DNA of 64,000 bases, from NCBI GenBank assembly GCA_048013815.1, contig CM106586.1, positions 806,001-870,000 of the forward strand, read 5' to 3'. The notes under the pieces are model-generated. The model had not been told where the DNA came from. It did no database searches and was given only the letters and a program-made list of their open reading frames with translations. This DNA comes from Setoptus koraiensis (Eukaryota; Animalia; Arthropoda). Positions 1-11,989 of the stretch are shown here, piece after piece. The stretch's first letter is position 1, and each line of letters begins with the position of its first letter. Position numbers and translations under genes: made by a program.

Positions 1-164
1 TGGATCTAGCTGGATATCAAGTTTCATGCTTGTATCTTGAAGTTTCTGTAAAACCGGAAGTTTCCGCACTTCCAGACTACTCAAAGCATTGTCAGGGGGC
101 CCTACGGGCCCTTTGTGTGGAGTTTCATCCAAATCAAAGTGTGGCGCTCTTCGCTAGAACACCC
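1..164. mobile_element. Right end of a non-autonomous TIR element (MITE family A), truncated by window start
   Basis: Ends in GTGTGGCGCTCTTCGCTAGAACACCC; carries the CCGGAAGT motif and the GGGCCC-TAC-GGGCCC hairpin seen in all other arms. Confidence 0.8.
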
Positions 165-380
165 GAGAGAGTTAATCCGTCATGCTATGACTTTAACGAT
201 ATAGCCCGGCGGATTTTAGAGGCGCATCCGGTGTTGACACTCACGCTACGCGTGTTATACAACGGGTTAGTGACATATTTGCACTACATTGTAGCAACTT
301 GTTAGCGGTCTAGCGACCGCTAACAAGTTGATTTCAAAATTGCCGCTCTGTTTGTGCGCAGATTTGGGGGAGAAACATTC

Positions 381-1338
381 GGGTGTAGTCCCGAAGAGCG
401 CCACACTTCTATTGAGATGAAACTTCACACATGGGGCCCGTAGGGCCCCCTCAGTACAAATTGAGCGGTCCGGAAGTGCGGAAACTCCCGGTTCCGGTTT
501 TAATATAACTTCGAGATACAGACTCAAAACTCGGTACACTGGTAGATTCAAGCATGCTGAGCACAACGCCATCAATTTCAGCCATGTTGGACGCGCGGTT
601 TTTGAGATTTTTGGGAAAAACCAAGAGAAAGTTGTTAAAAGTTGGGGTTGCCCTGATAAGGGCCGTTTTTGTTGGTTTTCACCTCTTGCTTGCTATTCTA
701 TGCGCATGATCTTAGCGAGTTCAGCGAACGGGTCTTTGTTCGATGGAATGCCGTCATTGGACGACCTGCCAGAAGCTATACTTGCGCAATCGGTCGGAAT
801 TACGCTGATTGATGAACTGTTAAATCTGAAGCCTGCGCATTCGATGGGATGCTGTGAAATCTTGGGCTTCACAGTTCGCAGTCTGATTATCTCTTTTGAC
901 AGGGTATGGATTGCAGTCACGTGAGCGGAGGGTAGAGGGCGCAGCCCGATACCCGAAGCGCTCATCAACTCTACCCGAAGGGTTCCCGTCGCACGGAGTC
1001 GTCGCGAGAGCGACGACGGAGATGTGACTGCCTCCAGATTACGAGGCCGCAGGCCGAGTTCTTGGACCCATCACAATCAGAGCGAAGCTAAGGTCTGTTT
1101 CTACTATTCCTTGCTGTATTGGACGCGACTTCATCGATGTACCAAAAATTACCCCGAAAAAATACCCGCAAATCCCCAAGCGGCTGTCGGGTATCGAGAA
1201 ACGCCCATATAGCGTTACCTCGGTTATCTCGGGAACCAAGAATTTCCGCGAATCCATCGCGGTATCAGGGTACAATACCCTACCCAAAAATACCCAAAAT
1301 ACCCCGAAAAAAGTGTGGCGCTCTTCGGGACTATAACC
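381..1338 (+). mobile_element. Complete MITE family A copy (958 bp) with conserved core at ~906-1060
   Basis: TIRs GGGTGTAGTCCCGAAGAGCGCCACAC / GTGTGGCGCTCTTCGGGACTATAACC; perfect 8-bp TSD AAACATTC (373-380, 1339-1346). Confidence 0.92.
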
Positions 1339-1544
1339 AAACATTCTTCCCCTCTCAATATTTATGAGAGCGATTGTACATAGATATGGCTTGTTTTGCC
1401 GGCGATTCTTTTATTATACAGAACCTGTTTGTTCAATCCTCTGTTTCTTGCGATGCAGTCCATGGATAATTCTCTACAAGTAGAACAACTTCATGTTTTA
1501 TCTTCCGCTCTGCAAGAGTTTTTGCCGGCGATTCATAATTCTTG

Positions 1545-1887
1545 GTAAACAAATTTTGAACAGCTAGAATGTGATGATGAGGTGGCAGACTTAAAATTCG
1601 ATCATATCTGTAGCTCACTGTGTATTAGGGAGCGGAGCTACTTAAGTCTCAATCAAGCTGCAGCTTACAGTGTGCTAGGGAGTAGGAGCGACCTAAGTCT
1701 CAACTAGAGTGTGGCTTACTGTGTGCTGAGGAGGTGGAGTGACTTAAGTCTCATTCAGGCTGTAGCTTTCTGTGTGCTAAAGAGGGGGCGTGACTCGAAA
1801 TTGTAGGCTTGTGTGTGGATTGCCTCCTCCATTTAGAATCCAACATCACTACGTCATTAGCGCTTAATTAAAATTAAGCGCTAAAAA
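1545..1887 (-). mobile_element. 5' part of a Helentron-type non-autonomous element (HINE) with ~60-bp internal tandem repeats
   Basis: Palindromic terminus AGCGCTTAATT-AA-AATTAAGCGCT followed by AAAAA (1859-1887); interior is the reverse complement of the copy at 42954-43806. Confidence 0.8.
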
Positions 1888-2333
1888 TCTGTATCTTCTG
1901 CGATGAGATATGCATGTTGTCCACCAATGATGAATTTGACAAATCTGTCAATGATCAAATCATCACTGAATAAAAATCTTGTGTTGGCGATATCCTTCAT
2001 CAAGCCATGAGAACGTTTATAATGCCTCTTCAGCGTTACATGACTTGTTGATTTTGCATATTCCTGAATACAATCCGGGAACATACATCCCTTTTTATTG
2101 CCAACTGTCATGTATCTAGTTTTAACCCAAATTGAACTAACTGGTTCAGCTGACTCACCTAGATCTGCTGAGCTCTGGGTTTCAACAGTATCTACATCCA
2201 TAACTTCTTGCTGAGTCTGCACTGGAGAATTCTCTGATGAGCTTACTGGATTATCCGTGGCGTCCATGGTAGTGACTGATGAATGTGTTGATATGGTGAT
2301 TGGCATAAAAATATCTCCTTGGTAAATATTCAT
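1888..2333 (-). pseudogene. N-terminal fragment of a hAT-like transposase (BED zinc finger), truncated by a HINE
   Basis: SSIWVKTRY..KGCMFPDCIQEYAKSTSHVTLKRHYKRSH fits the BED finger pattern (W..C-x-C..T..L.RH..H); followed by a hAT-like helical segment (DLIIDRFVKFII). Confidence 0.7.
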
Positions 2334-2420
2334 ATCTCCACTAATATGATGACTAATATAATGAATAATATATCGAATGGTCGGTAATAGATGTCTGAAA
2401 CTTAATCTAAATAAATTTTT

Positions 2421-2939
2421 GGTTGTTGTAGCGAAAAGCGACCCGCCCCGATTTCGATGAAACTTCCGGTACGGGTACATCTTGACCTCAGTAGACCTGA
2501 AAAGTTAGTCCGGAAGTGCGGAAACTTCTAGTTCCGGTTTTACATGAAGCTAAGGATAGAGCTCCAAAATTCACCAGAGGGACGTTCCAGGCTACGCCAA
2601 ACACGATAAAATAATATTCAGCTCTCTACGACCTCCGGTTGTCTAGAAATATAGATATTACAAGGGTTTCAAGACCGGAAGTGACCAAATTATCGCTTCG
2701 CTGTGCTCGAGGATGAACATGCGGTGGGTCTGAAAACTCGGCCTGCGGCCTCGTATTCTGGAGGCCATCACATCTCCGTCGTCGCTCACGCGACGACTGC
2801 GTGCGACGGGAACCCTTCGGGTAGAGTTGATGAGCGCTTCGGGTATCGGGCTTCGCCCTCTACCCTCCGCTCGGGTGACTGCAATCCACACAGGAATGAA
2901 GGTGAAAGAATGAACTGGGGACATGTATTTGGCACAGAA
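2421..2939 (-). mobile_element. MITE family A copy (left arm plus core ~2737-2885), truncated by a HINE 3' end
   Basis: TIR GGTTGTTGTAGCGAAAAGCGACCC; near-identical to 41206-41720. Confidence 0.85.
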
Positions 2940-3742
2940 ACAAGTAATACTGATCAAATCAGTATTTCGAGCGCTTAATTTTTCGAGTGGACAAGTATTG
3001 TTGAAGGATTCAAAGGAGTTTATGACAACCTGTTAACCACCGAACTTCAAAATGTGACCATCGAACACTGACCACCGAACATCGAACGAGCAGATGAAAC
3101 TAGCATCAAGAATCCGAATTTCCAATTTCCGAATTTCGAATAGTCACCATCGAACTTCGAATTGTTACCACCGAACTTCGATTTGTGACCATCGAACTCT
3201 GTACGAGCACCTGGAACTCGTATCAGAAATTCGAATTTTCAACTTCGAATTTCCAAGTTCGACGTTCGGAATTTGACCATCGAACCTCGACACGAGCAGA
3301 TGAAACTATCATCAGGGATTCTGATTATACCAGTATAAGAGCGCTTAATTTTTCCAGTGAACAATCTTAGAGGTTTGGACAGTTTATTAAGAAGTGATAA
3401 GTGCTAGCTGTCTCTAGAAAGTTTTTCAAGAATTTATCCTGGTGAGAACAGTTTCGACAAGTAATACTGATCAAATCAGTATTTCGAGCGCTTAATTTTT
3501 TGGATAGATGAGTATAGTTGGAATAAAGATGCGAGTATGTGACAACATGTCGGAAATGAACATCCATGCCTGTCAGATCAGAGTAGCCGAAAAGATGACA
3601 GAATGAATACAAGTTCTCCAAATTTCTATCGCAGCATGATACACATGTGGATTGCTTGCGTACGGAATTTAGTAAGATTCTTATGGTGAATTTCGCCACA
3701 ATGAGTAATTTAGTTAGACAAACCAATTAGTCAATGGCACAC
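2940..3742 (-). mobile_element. Stacked HINE 3' ends with TTCGAA satellite (~3040-3310)
   Basis: Three subTIR (AGCGCTTAATTTTT) ends near 2940, 3320 and 3457; those at 2940 and 3457 carry the hairpin (ATACTGAT..ATCAGTAT); conserved HINE body 3500-3742. Confidence 0.8.
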
Positions 3743-4056
3743 TGTAACGCTTTGACTGTTGAAGGTTTGATTTAATCGACGCAAACAATAATTGACTATG
3801 ATTTTGTGTTTTATATACTATAAGACTTTATTTTCAACTACTCTCTTCAACATCGATTCGCCTCTCTTATATACTATTTCTCTCGACAGTTCAGTCTTTC
3901 TCTTCTCGTTCTAGTCTCCTGTACGGTGCAATAGGCGTATTGCACGAGACACGCGTGTTTTAATGTAAGACAATCAAGAAGCGGAACAGAAAGAAATTAA
4001 TCGCATCGCGCGCGTAATGCACAGTATAAAGAATTCATGTTGCACAGCGTGCTACA
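3743..4056 (-). repeat. 3' LTR (314 bp) of a Ty3/Gypsy retrotransposon
   Basis: On minus strand: PPT AGAGGAGGA (4057-4065) directly before TGTAGC..., ending ...GCGTTACA; the flank resumes HINE sequence at GTGTGCCATTGAC. Confidence 0.85.
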
Positions 4057-4103
4057 TCCTCCTCTGCTGAACTAAACTAACGGTCTCGATTAGCTGAATA
4101 TAA

Positions 4104-4901
4104 TTATTCCCAGATCTCTTCGTCGGGATACGCGTACTCGGCAGGTACTCCATCGTTCACTACCATCGAGTTGGTTGTTGACAGGTTTATACCGTTTAAA
4201 GTTCTCTCCAGTGAGTTATTATAGAGTATAGCGACTGACTTCGTCCAATTTTGTAATTCAGAGTCGACCACACTCACATATGTATTGGATTGTCCAAACT
4301 CTAGAGCGCTGACACACGTTTCTGGACTTAATACACGGTGATAATTGACAACTAATGAAGTGGAATGGTTGAAACCCGATCCTGTAAGTCGTCTCGCTTC
4401 TTCGAATAAATAACTTATGTTGCCGTTCGGTCTTAGATCAACTCGTTTTGTTTGGCCTTCGTACAATAAAGTAATCTTTCTGGTTCTCAATCTGGACAAT
4501 ACGAATGGATTTGAAATTGTGCTCGCTTGGTCTGTATTAACTCCTCTTGAAAATCCACTCATCTTAGGAAACGATGTACACTTGATTCGGTGCTTTTCGA
4601 CTTGCTGAATGATAATTTCTTCGGTACAATGAGTACACTTAAATTTCAACATCGCATGTATGTTTGCTAATGGTCGACAAATCGGTTTCATCGTTGATTC
4701 AGTTACTCTTTCTGGACATAAAGAACACTTGGGTGTTTCCGTTGCTAGTATACTTTGAACACAGTCTATGCAATAAATACTTTCACAAGATTTGTAGGCA
4801 TGATGGTAATACGGTTCCACTGGAATTGCTTTACAAGTGGTACATATGAAATGTTCAACCAGTGTCCGATCTTCAAATTGTTCAATCTCGATTACTGTCA
4901 T
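4104..4901 (-). CDS. RING-finger / TRAF-type Zn-finger / ubiquitin-like-fold protein (265 aa) between pol and the 3' LTR
   Basis: CTTC..CESIYCIDC..CSLC (RING-like, His ligand apparently replaced by Ser); CTHC-x11-H-x3-C; C-terminal KITLLYEGQTKRVDLRPNGNISYLFEEARRL resembles a beta-grasp fold; ATG start, intact ORF. Confidence 0.75.
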   Translation of the reverse strand: MTVIEIEQFEDRTLVEHFICTTCKAIPVEPYYHHAYKSCESIYCIDCVQSILATETPKCSLCPERVTESTMKPICRPLANIHAMLKFKCTHCTEEIIIQQVEKHRIKCTSFPKMSGFSRGVNTDQASTISNPFVLSRLRTRKITLLYEGQTKRVDLRPNGNISYLFEEARRLTGSGFNHSTSLVVNYHRVLSPETCVSALEFGQSNTYVSVVDSELQNWTKSVAILYNNSLERTLNGINLSTTNSMVVNDGVPAEYAYPDEEIWE

Positions 4902-5316
4902 TACTATTATCTAACTAATTGTCCTATGATTCAGTGATACTATACTGTTGTGAATTACCAAAGCTTCTCTTCTGTGGTGATAATACTAATTGTTGTATAA
5001 ATTCGTTGTTTCTCTTGAATAAATGATGGTTGAATTAATTAACTGTTAATCTCATTGGGATCTCGCTTATTCTATAGTTACACGGTTCAGTGCTAACAAT
5101 GGAATGAATGCGTAACACGTTTTCTCTTCGAATATCACGATCACGGTTAGTATACATCCTCTAGGTGCATGTAACAGGCGCAATTTTTGAAACGCCGATT
5201 GATTGATTGATTTTGATGTGCAAGAGCCGACTCTGCTCAGGCTCACGTAATATTTACATAATTATTCACACGTAATCTACAAGTGATTGTTTGCGATGAA
5301 TTTCTCGCTTGAATAT

Positions 5317-7987
5317 TCACTGACGTTGCTTTCTTCTACATTGGTTTCCTCTTCTTTGTGTATTTATATGGTCATACTCTATTGTTGAGTCACTATCTGC
5401 ATCTGAACTGAATTCTTGTCGAGACATATTTGTAAGATCATTGATTTCGTTGCCGAATCTTTGATTATCCACTCCCTCCTCTGCTAAGGATTGACTGTGG
5501 TCCTCTATGTTTGTTATTAGTGGCTGTTGTTGACCTGTCACTTCATTGTGGTCTCTTTCAACATATTTCTCTAACCTCTCAACATTCACTAATTGGTGCT
5601 GGACAACTCCCTTCAGATTGACTATCTCGTAGATATTAGGGTTGTCAAATACTCGTGTGACTCGATATGGTCCCTTTCTTATGTAATCAAACTTTTTGCC
5701 TACTAATGTTCTGACAGGAACTGTGAGTAAGACTAGATCACCAATGTCAAATGAGATGTTCATTCTGTCATCTTCTAGCCTGTTCATGTTTCTTAGTTGT
5801 GATTTCCGTATGGACTCTTGAACAATGTTTCTTATATCTCCTACTTTGTATCTATGTTCATCACCATCTTCTACGTCGAACGTATTCATCAATGTATCTG
5901 CATCTATGACGGGATCTTTGCAAAATACTAATTTATAAGGTGTCTGACCTGTTGTCTCATTGACGCTTGTGTTGTATGCAAATGTAATTTCACGTAGATA
6001 TTTATGCCAGTATTTTCTCTCCTGCTGTTTCAATGCTGCGATACTACTACCTAAAACTCTATGGAATCTCTCAGTTACTCCGTTGGTCTTTGGATGATAA
6101 GATGATGTTTTAATACGACCGATACCATGACTTTCAAAGAATTGATTCGCTTCTTCACTCACGAAGTTAGTTCCTCGATCGCTTATGATTTCTCTGGGAT
6201 TTCCAAATATTCTTAAGAAGTGTTTTGTCAACTTGTAACATATCGTTGTTGTATCGTGTTTCTTCAGTGGTAACAAGGTGACCCATTTGCTATAATGATC
6301 GACGATAGTTAAGACCCATTTATGTCCTTTGATCGAAGGTACAATTTTTCCCCAGGTGTCGACTCCTACTATATCAAATAGTCCACTTGGTGCGGGCATA
6401 AGCTGTGGTCTACCATATGGCTTGTGGTTAGAAGCTTTTCTCCTCTGACAATGGATACATGAACTGACATAACTCTTCACACAATTTTTCAAGTTTGGCC
6501 AATAAAATCTGGATGCAACCTTTCTAAATGTCTTTTCAATACCTAAGTGAGCTGAATTATCATGGCAAGACTTCAGGACGGCTTGTCTCCATGTAATAGG
6601 AACAACTGTGACATATTTGAATTCCTTATCGATCTTCACTCTTTTGAATAGACGTCCATTAATCAATTTGAAATTCTTCACGGATAATTGTTGTCTGATA
6701 TTCAGATCATTTCTCTTCAGCAATTCAATCACGGGCTTACATTGAGCATCTGCATCTTGTTGAGCTACAATATCATCGACTTCACCTGCTGTATACACTT
6801 GTATATCTTCGAGATCATCGTCGTCTTCATCTGGTGACTGAATCAATGGGTTGCGTGAAATGTAATCTACATCGCCATGACATATACCTGGTTTATATAT
6901 TATGTTGTGACGGAATGGTTGGAGCTTCAGTGCCCACCGAGCTAAACGTCCGTTCTGATCCTTAATATTCATCAAATATTGCAGCGCTTTGTGATCAGTA
7001 GTCACTGTAAATTTACGATTCCACAGATAGTGTCTAAGTTTAGTTACACACCATAATATTGCATAAGCTTCTTTGTCAGTGACTGTATAGTTGCGTTCGC
7101 TCTTCTTTAGCATTTTGCTGACATAGCATATCACACCATTGAGTGATGGATCTTTAGAAGTTTGCATAAGAATACCCCCTATTGCGTAATCGCAGGCATC
7201 TGTTCGTAGCTCCAGATCACTGTTGGGGTCATAATGAACTAAAACTGGGCTCTCAGTTATAAGATTCTTGATGGTTTCAAATGCATGATCAGCTTCCTCT
7301 GACCAGTCGATCTTTTCTCTTTTGCCTTTCTTGTTTATGATCAGTTTGTTTATCGGTGCTACAATTTTGGCGAGGTCAGGAATAAACTTACGGAAGAAAG
7401 ATGCTAAACCAGTGAATGATCTCACATCAGTGACGGTTTCAGGTCTTTTGAATGATTTCACTGTATCAATACGAGCTGGATCTGGTCTTACACCTTCAGC
7501 TGATATCAGATGTCCTAGATATTCAACAGATTTGCGTATGAATCTGCACTTTTTCGGTCTTATCTTGATATTGTTCTTCTCTAATCTTTCGAGTATTTGT
7601 CCAAGATGCTGTAAATGATCGTCGAATGACGCACTAAATACTATAATATCGTCAAAGTAGACGTAACAGGATTTTCTTACTAGATCTCCTAATAACATAT
7701 TCATCAATCTCACAGCTGTAGCAGGTGCTCCACATAATCCAAATGGCATGACACTATATTCATAGAGGCCAAAAGGTACTACAAAAGCGGTTTTGCACTT
7801 ATCTTCTTCTCTCATAGGAATCTGCCAGTACATTAAAGCAATATCTATTGTACTAAAGTATCTCTTGTTACCTAATAGGTCTTCGATCTCAGCCATTGAT
7901 GGAATTGGATAAGCACTCTGTTCTGTAATGGAGTTGAGTTTGCGGTAATCTACACACATTCTAGTATCACCTGTTTTCTTTCGAATT
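5317..7987 (-). CDS. pol: Ty3/Gypsy pol (RT, RNase H, integrase), 5'-truncated by a HINE
   Basis: GDTRMCVDYRKLN, YFDD catalytic motif, RNase H TDACDYAIGGIL, integrase HHCC (HDNSAH..CIHC), D-D-E core (VGVDTW, ISDRGTNF, NGVTER), GPY motif; RT-RH-INT order. Confidence 0.97.
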
Positions 7988-8365
7988 ACAAGTGATCCTG
8001 ATTCAATCAGTATCTCGAGCGCTTAATTTTTTAGATAGACGAGTATCGTCGGAATATGGATGCGAGCATGTGACAACATGTAGGAGATACACATCTAGGC
8101 CTGTCAGATCAGAGTAGCCGGAAAGATGACAGAATGAATACAAGTTCTCCAAATTTATATCGCAACAAGATAAACATGTGGGCGAGCAGCTGGAACTCTT
8201 ATGAGGAATTCGAATTTTCAATATTCGAAGTTCAAATTGTTACCATCGGACTCCGACCATTGAACACTGACCAAGGAACTCTGAACGAGCATCAGATGAA
8301 ACTATCATCAGGAATTGGTATTTTCGAATTTCGAATTTCCAAGTTCAAATTGTGACCATCAAAGT
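7988..8365 (-). mobile_element. HINE 3' part inserted into Gypsy pol, running into a gap
   Basis: ACAAGTGATCCTGATTCAATCAGTATCTCGAGCGCTTAATT terminus, conserved body, start of satellite. Confidence 0.85.
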
Positions 8366-8865
8366 NNNNNNNNNNNNNNNNNNNNNNNNNNNNNNNNNNN
8401 NNNNNNNNNNNNNNNNNNNNNNNNNNNNNNNNNNNNNNNNNNNNNNNNNNNNNNNNNNNNNNNNNNNNNNNNNNNNNNNNNNNNNNNNNNNNNNNNNNNN
8501 NNNNNNNNNNNNNNNNNNNNNNNNNNNNNNNNNNNNNNNNNNNNNNNNNNNNNNNNNNNNNNNNNNNNNNNNNNNNNNNNNNNNNNNNNNNNNNNNNNNN
8601 NNNNNNNNNNNNNNNNNNNNNNNNNNNNNNNNNNNNNNNNNNNNNNNNNNNNNNNNNNNNNNNNNNNNNNNNNNNNNNNNNNNNNNNNNNNNNNNNNNNN
8701 NNNNNNNNNNNNNNNNNNNNNNNNNNNNNNNNNNNNNNNNNNNNNNNNNNNNNNNNNNNNNNNNNNNNNNNNNNNNNNNNNNNNNNNNNNNNNNNNNNNN
8801 NNNNNNNNNNNNNNNNNNNNNNNNNNNNNNNNNNNNNNNNNNNNNNNNNNNNNNNNNNNNNNNNN
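8366..8865. other. Assembly gap (500 N)
   Basis: Run of N. Confidence 1.
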
Positions 8866-9105
8866 TGAAATTCTAGGTTTCGACCTATATACAGGCCGAT
8901 ATACCTATATAGGCCTGTAGTGAAGGGTCAACTCGCTAATCCAGGCCTGTAGTCAGCATCATACCAGCTAATTCAGACCTGAAGTGGCTACAGAGTACAA
9001 TACACGCCTGTATTCTCTGAATGAATGTCAATGGAAGTGCCCAAAAAATGACCTAATTCTACATAGATCACCCATCTGATGGTGAGATATATTGTCTTGC
9101 TATGA

Positions 9106-9525
9106 AATGAATATGATGAGCAACAACAGCACGTACAACAACAACAACAACAACAACAATATCAACAACAACCACAATACCAACAACAACAAGAACCGAT
9201 ACAACTACACGTTGTTTCCCAGCCACAAGAATATGTACAACAACATGTATCACAGCAGCAACAACAACCACAGCAACAATATATTCAACAATATTATCAA
9301 CCTCAACAACAATACAGCACACAAAATATAGCATTTGGGCATGCAGAATGGTCCGATGTATACTCGATTGTGGACCATGCCATAATAAATAACAAAATAT
9401 ATTATAAAATAAAGTGGGCCCCAATTGGCCGCTTTCCTGACAGTTTGGAGCCAACAGACAATTGCCTATGCGATAAATTTATACGCAGGTATTTTGAAAA
9501 TCTCTCATTATATGGGAGATTCTAA
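9106..9525 (+). pseudogene. polyQ plus chromodomain reading frame (copy A); no in-frame ATG
   Basis: CAA frame reads ..QQQQ..EWSDVYSIVDHAIINNKIYYKIKWAPIGRFPDSLEPTDNCLCDKFIRRYFEN*; matches the chromodomain pattern (aromatic..I....Y.VKW......TWEP..N). Confidence 0.75.
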
Positions 9526-9544
9526 ATTTTTGGTGGGAGTAAAG

Positions 9545-9800
9545 AACAGTGAAAAATAAGCACCTCCCATAGCAGCACAAAACTCCTCCCATCATGATGA
9601 GACTCCTCCCATCATAGAAACAAGCTCCGCCTAATATTAAATGCAAGCTCCTCCCCTATATAGGCTCTAGGGAGAGCACTGATGCCAAAAAAGATTACTT
9701 GTATCTGACTATCAATAAATACAATAAGTAGTATAAACAGTACATTGCATTGCTAGTATTTTATTCTCTATCTATTAGTGTGTTGTACATCTTGCTCGCA
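9545..9800 (+). repeat. LTR-like repeat, copy 1 (CTCCTCCC arrays, TATA, AATAAA)
   Basis: Homologous to 10880-11150, ~11990-12270 (minus) and 25275-25500; TATATA box followed by AATAAA ~60 nt later. Confidence 0.6.
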
Positions 9801-10285
9801 ACATTCTGTGCAAGTATGATCAGCCATCAATAGGCCGTATTCGAGACAGAAAGAAATTTCGGATGACGGATGTCTCAAGATATATAAATATCATAAATAT
9901 AAATAAATAAATACAGCATCCATTACTTCATTATTATATTATTTAACATTCATTTTCATTTCGCTCTGTATCGTTCATTCATTCAAGCACCGAAACTTCT
10001 TGTACAAACAACCGCAAAACTTCATGTTCTAATTTGTAGAACTTGGAGTTTTGTTGTTCCAAAACTTTATGCACACAGCTTCGCAAAACTTCATGTTCCG
10101 TCAAACCATACAGATTGTCAGCTAAATCAACACATCTTACTCCATATAATATCGGTCTTAATATACATAATGTCACGTGATCAAGACACTTATCCATAAC
10201 ATTTCTAGCCAGAACATATATGACATGTATTCAGATATATATTAGACTATATATTGCCGCACTTCAAGTGTTGCAATTAGCAAAA

Positions 10286-10700
10286 CTTCTCTGACCATCG
10301 AACACTGACCATCGAATATCGAACGAGCAGCTGTAACTCTCATCAGAAATTCGAATTTTCAATTTCGAAGTTCGAATTGTGACCATCGAACTCTGACCAC
10401 TGAACTCTGACCATCGAACTCCGACAGAACAGATGAAACTATCATCAGAAATTCGAATTTTCAATTTTGAAGTTCGATTTGTCACCACCGAACTCCGCAC
10501 AAATGTGACCTAGTCAAATCTCCATAGAATTGCATACGAAACATTTTCGAGTGAAGCGATAATAATCCAAGTCAAATCTGCATAGGAATACATGTGTAAT
10601 GTCTAGCAGGATTCTCACTAATTTGACTAAGTCAAACCTCCATAGGATTACATAGTCACGTGAATAAACGTATCCAACATCACTACCCCAGTAATACTAT
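10286..10700 (-). mobile_element. Partial HINE (satellite plus 5' body)
   Basis: TTCGAA satellite, then GTGACCTAGTCAAATCTCCATAG and CACGTGAATAAACGTATCC shared with 24730-24930. Confidence 0.75.
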
Positions 10701-10879
10701 GAGCTTACGACAGATCGCTATATATCTCCATTAGTCGCTCAATATTTCCAGAGGACGATGACGATGGCAAGTTTATCAGTGACCCTGACTGATAGAGATT
10801 GATACTCGGTGGTGGTGGAAATCTGTTATCCTGCTGATGCGATTCATTGACGGTGTGTGAAAAGAAGTATAAATTAATA

Positions 10880-11150
10880 TGTTGCTCCCTAAAAGAATAA
10901 GCACCTCCCATAGCACAAACTCCTCCCATCATGATGAGAAGCTCCGCCTAATATCAAATGTAAGCTCCTCCCCTATATAGGCTCCTCCCACAGTGAAGAC
11001 TATATAAGGGAGAGCACTGATGCCAAAAAGAGTACTTGTTATCAACCATCAATAAATAGTATAAGTAGTACATACAGTACATTGCTTTGCCAACTTGTTT
11101 TATTCTCTATCTTTTAGTGTGTATATCACTTGTATTATCACTTATTATAT
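10880..11150 (+). repeat. LTR-like repeat, copy 2
   Basis: GACTATATAAGGGAGAGCACTGATGCC..CAATAAAT; high similarity to copy 1. Confidence 0.6.
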
Positions 11151-11268
11151 CATATTCGCCTACTAGTGATTGGTGGTGGTGTTGGGTCGACTCATCAGGC
11201 TGATGAGACGATTTTCTCAACTTGAAAGTTAAATGTGAAGCCACTGAAAAAACTACATTTATAAGTAG

Positions 11269-11514
11269 TTAAACAATAATAACGACGACAGAAAATCGGA
11301 TGGGTGCGGAAACACAAATTGCAATATGCCCTCCTTCATTCGTTTTTGCGAAAGCAGCCGCGGTCCAGAGTTCTCTTCTATACCAGCGACCATCTGGATA
11401 ATTGTCTGCAATACGCATTACAAAACAATATTCAGTGTTTGGCTCTAAGCCGTCCAGATTAACTTTGTTTTCAATTATTTCGAAATGCCTTGTTTCAATC
11501 TTGTTAACATTCAT
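11269..11514 (-). CDS. Short ORF with a fibronectin type III-like segment
   Basis: VNLDGLEPNTEYCFVMRIA matches the FN3 L.GL.P.T.Y...V motif; only part of a domain is evident. Confidence 0.4.
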   Translation of the reverse strand: MNVNKIETRHFEIIENKVNLDGLEPNTEYCFVMRIADNYPDGRWYRRELWTAAAFAKTNEGGHIAICVSAPIRFSVVVIIV

Positions 11515-11989
11515 CGTGATAACTCCTGCGATACGTTCAATTCCAGGCTCTGGTCAGAATTAGGTCAGATTGACAGGTCAGACAGGTTAATACGTATGGA
11601 TTGTCAGATAAATATGTACAAACCGCTCACATGACTGCAATCCAAATACAGCTGCAGGCGGTTCCATAATCCGTACACTCACACCGTTGTGTGAGTAAAC
11701 GGATTATATACTTTACAAGGGTACTAGATAATGTTCTACAATTATAGCAATTGAGTTGAGTTAAAGAAGGAGTGCCTAGTCCAAGCTCTTTTCGACTTGC
11801 GTCACAAGGAACATCTTATTGCTCTACTAAGAAGCTATGGGCACGACTCAATACTTTTCGAACGGGGTGCAATGTCTACTAGGTATTCAGTGAGATAGAT
11901 GCTTATCGAGAGTGATGAATTAGGAATTGGGAATTTGTGTTCACTACTTTACTTTTGATACTTTACTACTGACTTGTATTTATTCTGTC

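Noticed and set aside
920-975. HDV-like ribozyme in the MITE core (GTGAGCG/CGCTCAT helix with G.U, possible pseudoknot with GGGTAG/CTACCC)
   Set aside because: No P3/L3 pyrimidine loop, P1.1 GG or P4/J4-2 arrangement; a simple nested hairpin fits better. Only a cleavage assay would exclude it fully.
30-1367. The many 60-230 aa ORFs within MITEs and HINEs across the window
   Set aside because: Frames are not conserved between copies, often use non-ATG starts, and show no transposase motifs.
1859-1882. AGCGCTTAATT-AA-AATTAAGCGCT as a loxP/att-like recombinase site or integron-like cassette boundary
   Set aside because: Half-sites pair with a 3' hairpin plus ACTTGT at element ends, which the Helentron subTIR architecture fully explains; no tyrosine recombinase is seen.
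1888-2333. hAT fragment as the autonomous partner of the 8-bp-TSD MITEs
   Set aside because: The MITE at 2421 merely lies upstream, and GG-starting termini do not fit hAT CAG/TAG ends; no linkage evidence.
8315-8920. ORFs spanning N runs (also 31899-32654 and 54150-54912)
   Set aside because: Artefacts of translating gaps.
9068-9454. polyN/polyV ORFs in the track (also 25924-26280)
   Set aside because: Off-frame or antisense readings of CAA repeats of the chromodomain genes.
11190-11230. CTGATGAG..GAAA hammerhead-like motif
   Set aside because: GAAA does not directly follow stem II, and stems I/III are absent.
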